From Candidatus Parvarchaeota archaeon (GTDB lineage: Archaea; Nanobdellota; Nanobdellia; JAAOXT01): 64,000 bases of DNA. The DNA lies in the NCBI GenBank assembly GCA_017609605.1, contig JAFCDO010000003.1, positions 24,470 through 88,469 of the forward strand, written 5' to 3'. Positions 1 to 8,766 of the stretch are shown in pieces (the stretch's first letter is position 1; the number at the start of each line of letters is the position of its first letter). The position numbers and the translations under genes were made by a program. Under the pieces are notes generated by a model, which had not been told where the DNA came from, searched no databases, and saw only the letters and a program-made list of their open reading frames with translations.

Positions 1-1
1 A

Positions 2-310
2 CTAGCAGGAGGATTAGGAGGACTATCCACAGCCACTGGCGAGCAAGGTTCTCAAGCAGAAGGAACAATAGGAAGCCTGCCAGGTGTAGTAACGGGAACT
101 GGATGCCCGGCAACACCGGACTGCACGCTAAAAGCTTGCCTGGGTAAATCCTGCAGTAAGGATAGCAAAACAGGACAATGTTTATCCATAGGAGTTTGTG
201 GAGGATACTCTGGAGGGGATTGTGGAAGCAATTCAGACTGCTTAATCGCAGGCCAAGAATGTGACATACCAGAAGAAGAATCAAAAGGAATTTGCAAAAC
301 CACTGTTTAA
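2..310 (+). CDS. C-terminal part of a cysteine-rich exported protein (5' end outside window)
   Basis: The frame is open from the window edge to TAA at 308-310. Own translation: ...TGCPATPDCTLKACLGKSCSKDSKTGQCLSIGVCGGYSGGDCGSNSDCLIAGQECDIPEEESKGICKTTV*. The Cys spacing parallels the C-terminus of the next gene. It is absent from the ORF track because it has no start in the window; the 52..303 minus ORF is its shadow. Confidence 0.7.
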   Translation, partial: LAGGLGGLSTATGEQGSQAEGTIGSLPGVVTGTGCPATPDCTLKACLGKSCSKDSKTGQCLSIGVCGGYSGGDCGSNSDCLIAGQECDIPEEESKGICKTTV

Positions 311-357
311 AACTTACAATTTTTTTATTTTTTTTTTTAAAACCAACCCAAAAAAAG

Positions 358-762
358 ATGGAATTCAATAAAATCGTGATGATAATAATCGCATTAGTAG
401 TATTAATCGCTGCGATAGTGTTCTTTACAAGCCAACAAAGCTTCCTAACACAAGGCTTCGGCTCAATATCCGGCCAATCAGCTCAAGGAAGCGAGGAAAC
501 CGCTGGCAGAGTAGGAGACATAGGCACTACTGCTTCAGGAGTTGAGAACGAGTGCGCTGACGGAAAAGACAATGACGGCGACTTCCTGATAGACTGCGAC
601 GACCCTGACTGTATTAACAGGCCGTGCAAGAGCGGAGAAGACGTGGGAAGATGCCTAGCAGACGGCAGTTGTGGTGGATGGAGAGGAGGGCCCTGCACAA
701 AAAACAGTGAATGCATTTACTCTAGTTATGAATGCGTTGACGGGGCCTGCACTTTATCATAA
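358..762 (+). CDS. small N-terminally anchored cysteine-rich protein with acidic DNDGD motif
   Basis: I prefer the ATG at 358 (MEFNKIVMIIIALVVLIAAIVFF, a hydrophobic helix) over the track start at 292. ECADGKDNDGDFLIDCDDPDC is followed by CLADGSCGGWRGGPCTKNSECIYSSYECVDGAC. Confidence 0.7.
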   Translation: MEFNKIVMIIIALVVLIAAIVFFTSQQSFLTQGFGSISGQSAQGSEETAGRVGDIGTTASGVENECADGKDNDGDFLIDCDDPDCINRPCKSGEDVGRCLADGSCGGWRGGPCTKNSECIYSSYECVDGACTLS

Positions 763-815
763 CTCGTGATATCAGGAAAACCTTTATTTACGCGCAAAAC
801 CCTTCTACTTAAATA

Positions 816-1772
816 ATGGAGGATTGGGGAAACCTAATATTCGACTTCGCAGTTCTAGCAGTGTTTATACTAATTGTAACAGTAGTGGCTTTCGGCATAA
901 TCTCAGGACTCGGAGCTGTTTTCGCCCGCATAGCCTTCGAAAAATTCACTACAGGGATTAGCTCTGCATGCGTGAACGGATACGCGGAGATAGAGGACTT
1001 CTCACTGCCAGATGATTGGAACATAATACAAGTATATCCTGACGCTGAAAGAATGCAAGACATAATAAACGAGTTGAATGAGGAGGAAGGAATGATAGTT
1101 TTCTCCCCTTTATTTGAAGCACTAAGAAACAAAGTGCAAAGAGTAATCGACGTGACTAACACGACTGAAAACTCTTGCAACAGCCAGTTAATGGAAGGAA
1201 CGGGACAAGCCATGGGCTCGCCCTGCCTGTGCCTCATAAGAGCTCCGTCCATCTTAGACTTGAACTTAGAAAGTGACGCGTATAATTATGGTGATGTGCC
1301 CGTGCCTCTAATAACCACTAAAAACTTCAGAAACCTTAGAATCATGAGCTACGCGCCAAACCCTCTTCCTAAAATAGATTCGAACAACGGAAACGAAGTA
1401 ATTCGTTACTACATAAGCTTTCTGAAACAGGACTTCCATGACGATAAGAAAAGCGATTACGCAGTTCTGAAAAGCCTTGACACAATCTACTTTTTCACAC
1501 CAGTATCATTATTGATAGGAATTGATTCTCTTACTAAGTGGCCGTTAGTATTCATTGATAAGTTTGAGGCCTGCACGTCAATGAACTCCATGAAATGCGG
1601 AAACGCGCAACCCAACTTTTACAACAATTCAGCAATCCTTGCCATGAAAGAAGGTATGAACTTGAATCCTGTGTTCATGATAGTGGAGAACTCTCAAGCT
1701 TCACTGATCACTTTTGAAAAATCAGAGTCCTCCAGCACTTTCGAACCAGTGTACATGAGCACTCCGAGCTAG
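816..1772 (+). CDS. exported protein with pilin-like N-terminus, paralog family copy 1
   Basis: N-terminus is MEDWG|NLIFDFAVLAVFILIVTVVAFGII. It shares the blocks F.KFT....AC.NGYA and C-x8-GTG-x5-C.CL with 2020..3054. Confidence 0.65.
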   Translation: MEDWGNLIFDFAVLAVFILIVTVVAFGIISGLGAVFARIAFEKFTTGISSACVNGYAEIEDFSLPDDWNIIQVYPDAERMQDIINELNEEEGMIVFSPLFEALRNKVQRVIDVTNTTENSCNSQLMEGTGQAMGSPCLCLIRAPSILDLNLESDAYNYGDVPVPLITTKNFRNLRIMSYAPNPLPKIDSNNGNEVIRYYISFLKQDFHDDKKSDYAVLKSLDTIYFFTPVSLLIGIDSLTKWPLVFIDKFEACTSMNSMKCGNAQPNFYNNSAILAMKEGMNLNPVFMIVENSQASLITFEKSESSSTFEPVYMSTPS

Positions 1773-1813
1773 AGAAGAACTTTTATTAATTCTGAACACT
1801 TTGATTTAAACCA

Positions 1814-2008
1814 ATGAAAAAGGGATCGGAAATGAGTTTTAAAATGGTTTTTACACTAATAATAATCCTGATAGTTGCGGTTGTGGTAATCTTATTCATA
1901 CTTCCGAACATTGAGTCTGGAAAAGCTAACATCGGGAACGTCACACAAGGCTCTGAAAACTTGTTAGGCAACGCTAGTGAAGGATTAACCCAAATAAAAG
2001 TGTCTTAA
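1814..2008 (+). CDS. small pilin-like protein (64 aa)
   Basis: MKKG|SEMSFKMVFTLIIILIVAVVVILFIL: a short basic leader, then Gly, then about 22 hydrophobic residues and a short polar tail. Confidence 0.55.
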   Translation: MKKGSEMSFKMVFTLIIILIVAVVVILFILPNIESGKANIGNVTQGSENLLGNASEGLTQIKVS

Positions 2009-2019
2009 ACAAAAAAAAA

Positions 2020-3054
2020 ATGGCGAGAATGCTGTTATACGGAGAAATAATTAAGGACGTGCTAGTTTTAGTGTTCGTTCTCGTTGTAGGAGCAATAGTT
2101 GTTTCAGGAGGAATAAGCTTTCTTGCAGGGACTGAGGCCAGAGCTAGCTTCGCAAAATTCACTAGAGTGCTGCAAGGAGCCTGCGATAACGGTTACGCGG
2201 CGGACACGGGCTTCAAAATACCTTATGGTTACATGATAATACAAACACACCCCGAAATCGATACCTTAAAGGAAAATTACGAACAACTTCCAACAATGCA
2301 GAGCTTTTGGATATGGTCTGTTGACAAGTCCGAGCAATTAGCGCAGGAAAAACAAAAATTCGAAGGAGAAATCCAAAAATGCAATGCAAACGTTGCAGCG
2401 GGAACAGGAGGAATAATAGGTGATAACTGCGTCTGCTTAGCTAGCGTGAACACCAACACGTTCATGGACGTTCTTAACTGGATAATGAGTTTAGGCCAGA
2501 GCACCCCTCCATCAGATAACAATTTTATTTATTTTTTTGGAGGAGAACAACCCATCTTTGACCAAAACACGAAGGCAATTGATATGGTGGGAACAAAGGA
2601 TTACGCTTTCACCCCTGAAAAAAATGTTTTCGGGATTGGAAGCATGACCTACTTGGTCGTGAACAACGTTAATGGCGAAACAATATCTTACGATATTGAA
2701 GGAGTTTACGGCACGGCCTACACTGCGCTGGAAGAATTCTCAAGGGCCACGTTCTTAGCGTCTGCTTATTCCATTGCAGGAGCGTCCTGGCCAATGGACT
2801 TCCCATTCTTCAACAAAATCATAACATGCAAAAAACTGTCAGAACTGGGTTGCGAAAACCAAGGCGCACCAGCCATAATAGGACTCAAAAACCCGTCGAA
2901 CCCGTCACAAGCATTCATACCAATTCTCATGGGTTGGAGTGAAACCAGCGCGGACGTGATAAGCGCAACCCAAAACGAAAAAGCATACCAAACAGTGAAT
3001 AGCAACGAAGAAAGAGTCTTTCACCCAATATTCATCAAAGCAGTAGGAGGATAA
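2020..3054 (+). CDS. exported protein with pilin-like N-terminus, paralog family copy 2
   Basis: N-terminus is MARMLLYG|EIIKDVLVLVFVLVVGAIVVSGG. FAKFTRVLQGACDNGYA and CNANVAAGTGGIIGDNCVCL align with copy 1 (816..1772). Confidence 0.65.
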   Translation: MARMLLYGEIIKDVLVLVFVLVVGAIVVSGGISFLAGTEARASFAKFTRVLQGACDNGYAADTGFKIPYGYMIIQTHPEIDTLKENYEQLPTMQSFWIWSVDKSEQLAQEKQKFEGEIQKCNANVAAGTGGIIGDNCVCLASVNTNTFMDVLNWIMSLGQSTPPSDNNFIYFFGGEQPIFDQNTKAIDMVGTKDYAFTPEKNVFGIGSMTYLVVNNVNGETISYDIEGVYGTAYTALEEFSRATFLASAYSIAGASWPMDFPFFNKIITCKKLSELGCENQGAPAIIGLKNPSNPSQAFIPILMGWSETSADVISATQNEKAYQTVNSNEERVFHPIFIKAVGG

Positions 3055-3060
3055 AAACTT

Positions 3061-4851
3061 TTGGCGTCAATAGAAACCGTAGGAGCACTGGTCGCAGCAG
3101 CAATACTAGTGGTGGGGTCAGCGTTCGTCGTTCAAAGAATGATGGCGCCAAGCTTTGACATGGGAAAAAAAATGGCTCTGCTCGTTTACGATGTTGCATC
3201 CTTAAGAGAAGCTTGCACAGCCGTCCCGGACAATGTTTACGTGCTGTACTACGGCACGCCCGACTGCAAATGGGAACAAGGAATTTATTATTGCCAAGGA
3301 GAAGAAATCAACATAACCGCGCTAAGATTGGATCCAGCTTTCGTTAAAACCCGTCCGGCCCCCTGCACCCAAAGCGTGAACACGCTTGCCTACGAGTCCA
3401 TGAAAGTCGAGTACACTGTTGACGAGGAAAAGAGAAGCCAAAGCTTCCCAACAAGCCAGCACTTCACAGACTTCGCTGAAGAAAAAGCCCTTGAAAGACA
3501 AAGCATTCCATTATACATTCAACCAAGAACAGATTCTGTTCTCATCTCCAAACAAAGAAGAACTTTTTACGATTCGTTGACAAGTGGACTGTTCTTTGAT
3601 AAGGAGGGCACGACGCCCGTAATCATTGCAGAAGACGTGGGGATGATAAGGTTATTACAGGATGTGATGAGTGTTTACGCGCAAATGGAGAACAGCGTGT
3701 TTACTAATAAAACAACAAGCCTCAGCTTAACTCCAGGGTTTAGAATAGAATTTTCCGACACGTTAGAAAACTCTTACCTCCCTCCATGCACTGGCTTGAC
3801 AAATCCCGAAAAATTGTTGGAAATAGGGACTGGCACAGTTAAAAGATGCTACTGCGATGATTGCACTGATAATGAGTATTGTAAACAAGTGTCAAGTTCA
3901 TACGAATGCGTGTCCTGTACTTATAATCCTATCAACCCTTCAGAACCAGGAAGCGAGGAGGGATGCCCTGAAACTTATTACTGCGGACAGGACGGTTACT
4001 GCCATGATGAAACACTGGTGATTTGTCAGCAAAAACAAATTGTGAGTCCGAAGGGACTTTTCACGTGGGTCGAACAAGAAGGCGAATCAACCGCTGAAAC
4101 TTCTTTAAAAAACGCGAACGAAAACCTTCCACTCTCAAACATTGCATACTCAATTGGCAACGTCAAAACATTTTACCCAGAGTCAGAAAGTGTGGAAGGC
4201 ATGACTTCAAGATTAATCCCAGTAGAGTACACCAGTCCAGAAACCCAAACAATATCCGAACAACCATTAGTGAGATACGAGCACGGGTTCCCTGAATCAG
4301 GATGGGTCAACGAGATCTGCGTGAACTTGAAAAAAGACGTGACGAGCAAAGGGTTCGAATTAATGATTGATGTCCCACACGTAATAACAGCAATTTATTC
4401 GTGGAGTGACTGGTGCACGACTCTAGATGTGTCCTTGGATTACGAGGTGTGCGCTGACAGTAAGGGAACTTTAACCCATGATGATGATGGAATAATCCTG
4501 ACATCCCAAGAAAACTGTGTTGTCACGCACTACCCTTCCTGCGACGGAAGCGTGAATGAAGAAGACGACCCGCGCAAAGGATGCGTTTCAAAAACGTTTG
4601 ATGACATCAACACAAACAATTGTTGCTTAGAAACCGGCGAGTGCGGGCCATGCATTCCAAAACACGATTCCTGCGAGCAACCAAACTGTTTTTGCCAAGA
4701 CTTCAACCAATGCAAGCAATGCACTCACGACTCGGGAGACCCGAAGAGTTTAGGTGATGAAGCAGGCTGTCCGATAAGCTATTGTTGCGGGCCAGACGGT
4801 TACTGCACTGACAACACAGATTTCTGCAATTGGGTGGGGGTGGGGACGTAA
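3061..4851 (+). CDS. large cysteine-rich exported protein (596 aa) with an internally duplicated Cys module
   Basis: TTG start 6 nt after the previous stop. N-terminus is ASIETVGALVAAAILVVGSAFVV. There are two copies of C[YF]C..(C)..G.E.GCP..Y.CG.DGYC.D.T, at nt 3847-4010 and 4687-4830. Confidence 0.65.
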   Translation: MASIETVGALVAAAILVVGSAFVVQRMMAPSFDMGKKMALLVYDVASLREACTAVPDNVYVLYYGTPDCKWEQGIYYCQGEEINITALRLDPAFVKTRPAPCTQSVNTLAYESMKVEYTVDEEKRSQSFPTSQHFTDFAEEKALERQSIPLYIQPRTDSVLISKQRRTFYDSLTSGLFFDKEGTTPVIIAEDVGMIRLLQDVMSVYAQMENSVFTNKTTSLSLTPGFRIEFSDTLENSYLPPCTGLTNPEKLLEIGTGTVKRCYCDDCTDNEYCKQVSSSYECVSCTYNPINPSEPGSEEGCPETYYCGQDGYCHDETLVICQQKQIVSPKGLFTWVEQEGESTAETSLKNANENLPLSNIAYSIGNVKTFYPESESVEGMTSRLIPVEYTSPETQTISEQPLVRYEHGFPESGWVNEICVNLKKDVTSKGFELMIDVPHVITAIYSWSDWCTTLDVSLDYEVCADSKGTLTHDDDGIILTSQENCVVTHYPSCDGSVNEEDDPRKGCVSKTFDDINTNNCCLETGECGPCIPKHDSCEQPNCFCQDFNQCKQCTHDSGDPKSLGDEAGCPISYCCGPDGYCTDNTDFCNWVGVGT

Positions 4852-5714
4852 TGGCGGATTTCAGCTTGAAAGGACCTATATACATGCTCTGGCTAGTCTT
4901 ATTGTTCTTTATAGTAGTCATCACTTTAGTGTTCAAAGTTCAAAACATTGGATTCAGCATTGACTCGCTTCAAAGCGAAACCCGATTCCTCGTGTTCTCC
5001 AGAAAAATGCTTTCCAGCGCTGACTGCCTGGCATTCGAACAAAAAGACATTCTGATAACGGACGAGCCAGACTACAACGTGTACTACAAGCAAAGAATCT
5101 ACCCAGGAGTGCTGGACGCTTACAAACTCGAAAACTGGAAGAACATGGAATGCATAAAACAAGACGATCCTGAAATAAGTCTTGGAGGAAGAGCTTACAA
5201 CCCGTTTGAAAGACCTGTCATCCTATACTCTATCGTTGTTCAAGACGTTGAAAACGATAACACGTGGTTCTTCACCAAAACACACGACAGGTCATACTTC
5301 ATACCATCCTACCCTAACGCTGATTCCACGAGTTATAGGGGGGTGCCTTGTATGTGGGCCACTCCGTGCAATTCAAGCCTCGGGGACAAAGTCTATCAAT
5401 ACAGTTATCCGGTGTTCATTGTTTACCAAGACAAGCAAACAGGAGACCAGGTCAAGCACTTAGGAAGATTCTTCGGCAAATTCTGCGAAGCGTCACCATC
5501 ACCACAAATAGTGAACGCGTACATAGCCTGGAACATTGACCCTAACTGGGAGTGCGGTGAACATGAACTGATAAGAAGCTTGCTGTTCGGCTGGAAATAC
5601 TGCGGGGAAAGCTCGCCCAACCCAGATAACTTCCGCTGGGACTTATACGACTGCGTGCAATACTACACTGCAGAAGAACTTGGGGAAACAACACAATTCG
5701 AGGTGCAAGTATGA
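4851..5714 (+). CDS. exported protein with pilin-like N-terminus (287 aa)
   Basis: The ATG at 4851 shares one base with the preceding TAA (TAATG). N-terminus is MADFSLKG|PIYMLWLVLLFFIVVITLVF. Confidence 0.6.
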   Translation: MADFSLKGPIYMLWLVLLFFIVVITLVFKVQNIGFSIDSLQSETRFLVFSRKMLSSADCLAFEQKDILITDEPDYNVYYKQRIYPGVLDAYKLENWKNMECIKQDDPEISLGGRAYNPFERPVILYSIVVQDVENDNTWFFTKTHDRSYFIPSYPNADSTSYRGVPCMWATPCNSSLGDKVYQYSYPVFIVYQDKQTGDQVKHLGRFFGKFCEASPSPQIVNAYIAWNIDPNWECGEHELIRSLLFGWKYCGESSPNPDNFRWDLYDCVQYYTAEELGETTQFEVQV

Positions 5715-6184
5715 AAAAAGGAGACTTCACAGGAGTAGGCGTGGTAATAAGCACGCTAATCATAATGGGACTGCTTTTAGTGATGTCCATGTTCGTGGAC
5801 TCTGTTAGCATGCAAGCAATACTCTCAATAAAAGACGCTGAAACCAGCAGTATGTGCACAAACCTTCTTGAAAACCTTGTGAGCAGCGACTACTCAAAAA
5901 CAGGAATGACTCCGGACACATTCCTCAAACAAAAATACCAAAGTCTTTACAACAGGTCAGCGTCATACTTCGCGTTCCAAGAAGAACTTGAAAGAAACCC
6001 AGGGTTTGAGCAAAGCGTGGGAATGCACGTTCGCTTCGGCTCAAGCTCAGAGCTAAGAAGCATAATCAGCGATGAAGCCACCCAAAAATACGCGCTACAA
6101 TGCTTCATAAAAGTTTACTCGCCCTCAGGCGAGCCAACAATAGTTATGATGTTCAAAAAACAAGGGGTGACGTTCACGCCATGA
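5711..6184 (+). CDS. pilin-like protein (157 aa)
   Basis: ATGA start/stop overlap with the previous gene. N-terminus is MKKG|DFTGVGVVISTLIIMGLLLVMSMFV. Confidence 0.6.
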   Translation: MKKGDFTGVGVVISTLIIMGLLLVMSMFVDSVSMQAILSIKDAETSSMCTNLLENLVSSDYSKTGMTPDTFLKQKYQSLYNRSASYFAFQEELERNPGFEQSVGMHVRFGSSSELRSIISDEATQKYALQCFIKVYSPSGEPTIVMMFKKQGVTFTP

Positions 6185-8766
6185 AAAAAGCCCAATCCCT
6201 AGCTTACATACTTGTAACAATATCAATATTGTCGCTAGCAGCGTTCGGGATGGGCTACATTGCGATAAGAGCTTCCTCAGAATCAGCCCTGCCTTTTTAT
6301 AGAACACAAATAGTTCAGACAGCCCAAACAGCGGAAAACATCAAATTCCTACTGGACAGGGAAAGAAGATACACGTTCGAAAAAATAATTTACCAAATAG
6401 GGAGTAGGGGTGGTTACGGAGGAAACCAAAGCCAAATAAGAGACCAGGAATGCGGTTACTTAGACACACTCCCAAAACACAATTACATGCCAGAAAAAAT
6501 AGTGCCTTACTGGTACAACGCGTCCTCTAACCCCACTTTCTGCATTCCGGAATTCACGTCAATACTCAATAACATAACACTTATAGCTGAAAGATTCTCA
6601 GCCACGCCAGACCAGAACTTCCTAAACAGTCTAGAAATAGTTTACGGACTGGACTTCAACGTGAAATACGTTTACCAACTGGCGTCGTGCGGAGTGAAAA
6701 ACAGCGACATTGGAGGAGACCTGTGCCCATCATCAGATAGGAATTACTTTGAAAATCAATGGTTCATAGTGGGCGACGACAAGATAAGACTTCTTGGCGC
6801 GAGCTACCAAGGCAAGCCATCCGTCAGCTACACTGCCACAACCCTCGTGCACAACGTGGTGGAGAACAAATTCCCAAGCCTTTACGAAGAAGCCAAAAAC
6901 TTTGTCTTAAACAAAGACTACGAAACCATGGCCAAACAACAACTCAACAAATACTCAATCATCACGCACAACGAAACCTGCGCTTACAGTATAGACCAAA
7001 CAGGAACGTACTCGGCGGACACGAGCTACGGAGAGGAAGTAAACCCGGACTCGACGATAACAGGGTTTGACGAGGATAGGCAGTGCACAGGCTCTTACTC
7101 AAGCGGGATGAACGATGTTCACGTGCTAAAACAAAGATTCGCTTTCAACACCGAAAACTACAATGAAACAAGTCGAGACTGTGGTGGTGATAACTGCAAA
7201 ACCACGATGGTCAGCATGTGCGTTGACGGTGAATGGACGGGTTGCGTTCCAGGAATCAAGAAAAGCGTTGGGGAATTTGTTTGGTATGAGACCCCTAATC
7301 CAGAGTTCAGCACACAAAACCCGACGTGCAAGATAAAAAGCAGAGAACCAATGCGTACAGGGACTTGTTCAGGAGAGGAACCTGTGAACTGTAGTGCAAC
7401 CTGTTTTTATGATGCTTCCCGAGTGGAAAAAATGATTCTTGACGAGTTCAACTCTGAAAGAGGCCTTGCAGCATCGCATGACGGGTACAACTACACGTTC
7501 ACGGACAACGAAGCCAGCATTGATTACGTTGACACAGGGGGTGACGAGGGCCCTTACACTTACGCCATGGAAACGTACAACACCTCATGCGTTCCCTGCG
7601 ATCCCAGAGATATGTTAGATGATTGGTCTTTAATCAAAATAGACTCTGACGGCACGATAGATTGGGATAACACGGATAGGCAGAGAGTCAGAGACTTCTA
7701 CGATGATGTTTGGAATGATGGTAACAACGATTTGGAAGAAGCCCCGCCGTACTCTGACAAAAAAGTTCAAACCCTGACAAGATTCGACGACGAATTTGAA
7801 AACCAGTTGTTTAAAGCTTACGGCGCGCTTTCAGGGAAAATAAAAGGTTATTACTCTTTCAACGACCAACTAATACAAGCAAGTGCTTGCCAAAGCGTAG
7901 GAGCTTATTTCGACTTGTCCGAGCACTTCGCAAGACAACAAGCAATAAGATGGTTTATTAGAAATTACGATACTAATAACAATCAAATAGGAGGAACTGA
8001 ACAGCCCAGTAGTTATAACGATAAAATTAGGTTGGGATTAACGTTTCCTGAAGGAAGTAATTACGCCAGAACTGATGTGACTGCATGCGTGACCGCAAAC
8101 TATGTTTCAGGCAGTCCTCCGAGCACAACGCAAAACGTTGACAACCCTCAAACCCGGCACACGAACTGCACTACTATGAGCATTACGCTTGACGCCAAAC
8201 CCGTTCCAACCGCGGTAATATCACCAATTGGTAAAATATTGTACCCCGGTGGGTGGTGGTGTGGAGGTATAACTTGGGTGGATTCAGTGAATTATTGGTT
8301 AAACGCTCAAGGATCAAGCCAAAAAATAAATCTCGATTCGCAATGCGGGATACCTGAAACTGATTGTGATTATCACTGGCAAGTTAAGAACAGAGATGGA
8401 GACATTATTTACCCTTCACCTTCTTCGCCAACCGAAAACCCAAGGGATTTAATCACGTTTGTGGAACACGATACTGATTGTACGCAGGGATACCCTGAAT
8501 CAAGTATAAACGTGAAATTAACGGTTATTTGCACGCACAGCTCAGGGTTCACCACTAGCGCGGTAACCCAAACAACCTTTGGTTATAATAATATAAATGT
8601 TTGCGAACAAACAGGGTACTGTTGCGCTAACTGCGCTGCCGGAACATTCATATCTCTTTTTAACCCAGCGACACAAAACTGTTGCTCTGGAACAGATATT
8701 CTTGGAAACGAATACTTTGTGGTACGCGGTTCTTGTTGGGGGCTGGAGGTGAACCGCTGTGGATAA
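6181..8766 (+). CDS. large cysteine-rich exported protein (861 aa)
   Basis: I prefer the ATG at 6181 (ATGA overlap with the previous stop) over the track start at 6100. N-terminus is MKKA|QSLAYILVTISILSLAAFGMGYIAI. Cys-dense, e.g. the C-terminal CEQTGYCCANCAAG...NCCSG...GSCWGLEVNRCG. Confidence 0.65.
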   Translation: MKKAQSLAYILVTISILSLAAFGMGYIAIRASSESALPFYRTQIVQTAQTAENIKFLLDRERRYTFEKIIYQIGSRGGYGGNQSQIRDQECGYLDTLPKHNYMPEKIVPYWYNASSNPTFCIPEFTSILNNITLIAERFSATPDQNFLNSLEIVYGLDFNVKYVYQLASCGVKNSDIGGDLCPSSDRNYFENQWFIVGDDKIRLLGASYQGKPSVSYTATTLVHNVVENKFPSLYEEAKNFVLNKDYETMAKQQLNKYSIITHNETCAYSIDQTGTYSADTSYGEEVNPDSTITGFDEDRQCTGSYSSGMNDVHVLKQRFAFNTENYNETSRDCGGDNCKTTMVSMCVDGEWTGCVPGIKKSVGEFVWYETPNPEFSTQNPTCKIKSREPMRTGTCSGEEPVNCSATCFYDASRVEKMILDEFNSERGLAASHDGYNYTFTDNEASIDYVDTGGDEGPYTYAMETYNTSCVPCDPRDMLDDWSLIKIDSDGTIDWDNTDRQRVRDFYDDVWNDGNNDLEEAPPYSDKKVQTLTRFDDEFENQLFKAYGALSGKIKGYYSFNDQLIQASACQSVGAYFDLSEHFARQQAIRWFIRNYDTNNNQIGGTEQPSSYNDKIRLGLTFPEGSNYARTDVTACVTANYVSGSPPSTTQNVDNPQTRHTNCTTMSITLDAKPVPTAVISPIGKILYPGGWWCGGITWVDSVNYWLNAQGSSQKINLDSQCGIPETDCDYHWQVKNRDGDIIYPSPSSPTENPRDLITFVEHDTDCTQGYPESSINVKLTVICTHSSGFTTSAVTQTTFGYNNINVCEQTGYCCANCAAGTFISLFNPATQNCCSGTDILGNEYFVVRGSCWGLEVNRCG

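Noticed and set aside
52-303. 83-aa minus-strand ORF at the window start
   Set aside because: It lies entirely antisense to an open plus-strand frame whose translation is a coherent Cys-rich module homologous to the next gene. It is a shadow ORF.
6100-6180. Track start 6100 for the 861-aa protein (MLHKSLLALRRANNSY...)
   Set aside because: This extension overlaps the end of the previous gene by 85 nt. The ATG at 6181 gives an ATGA junction and a prepilin-like N-terminus.
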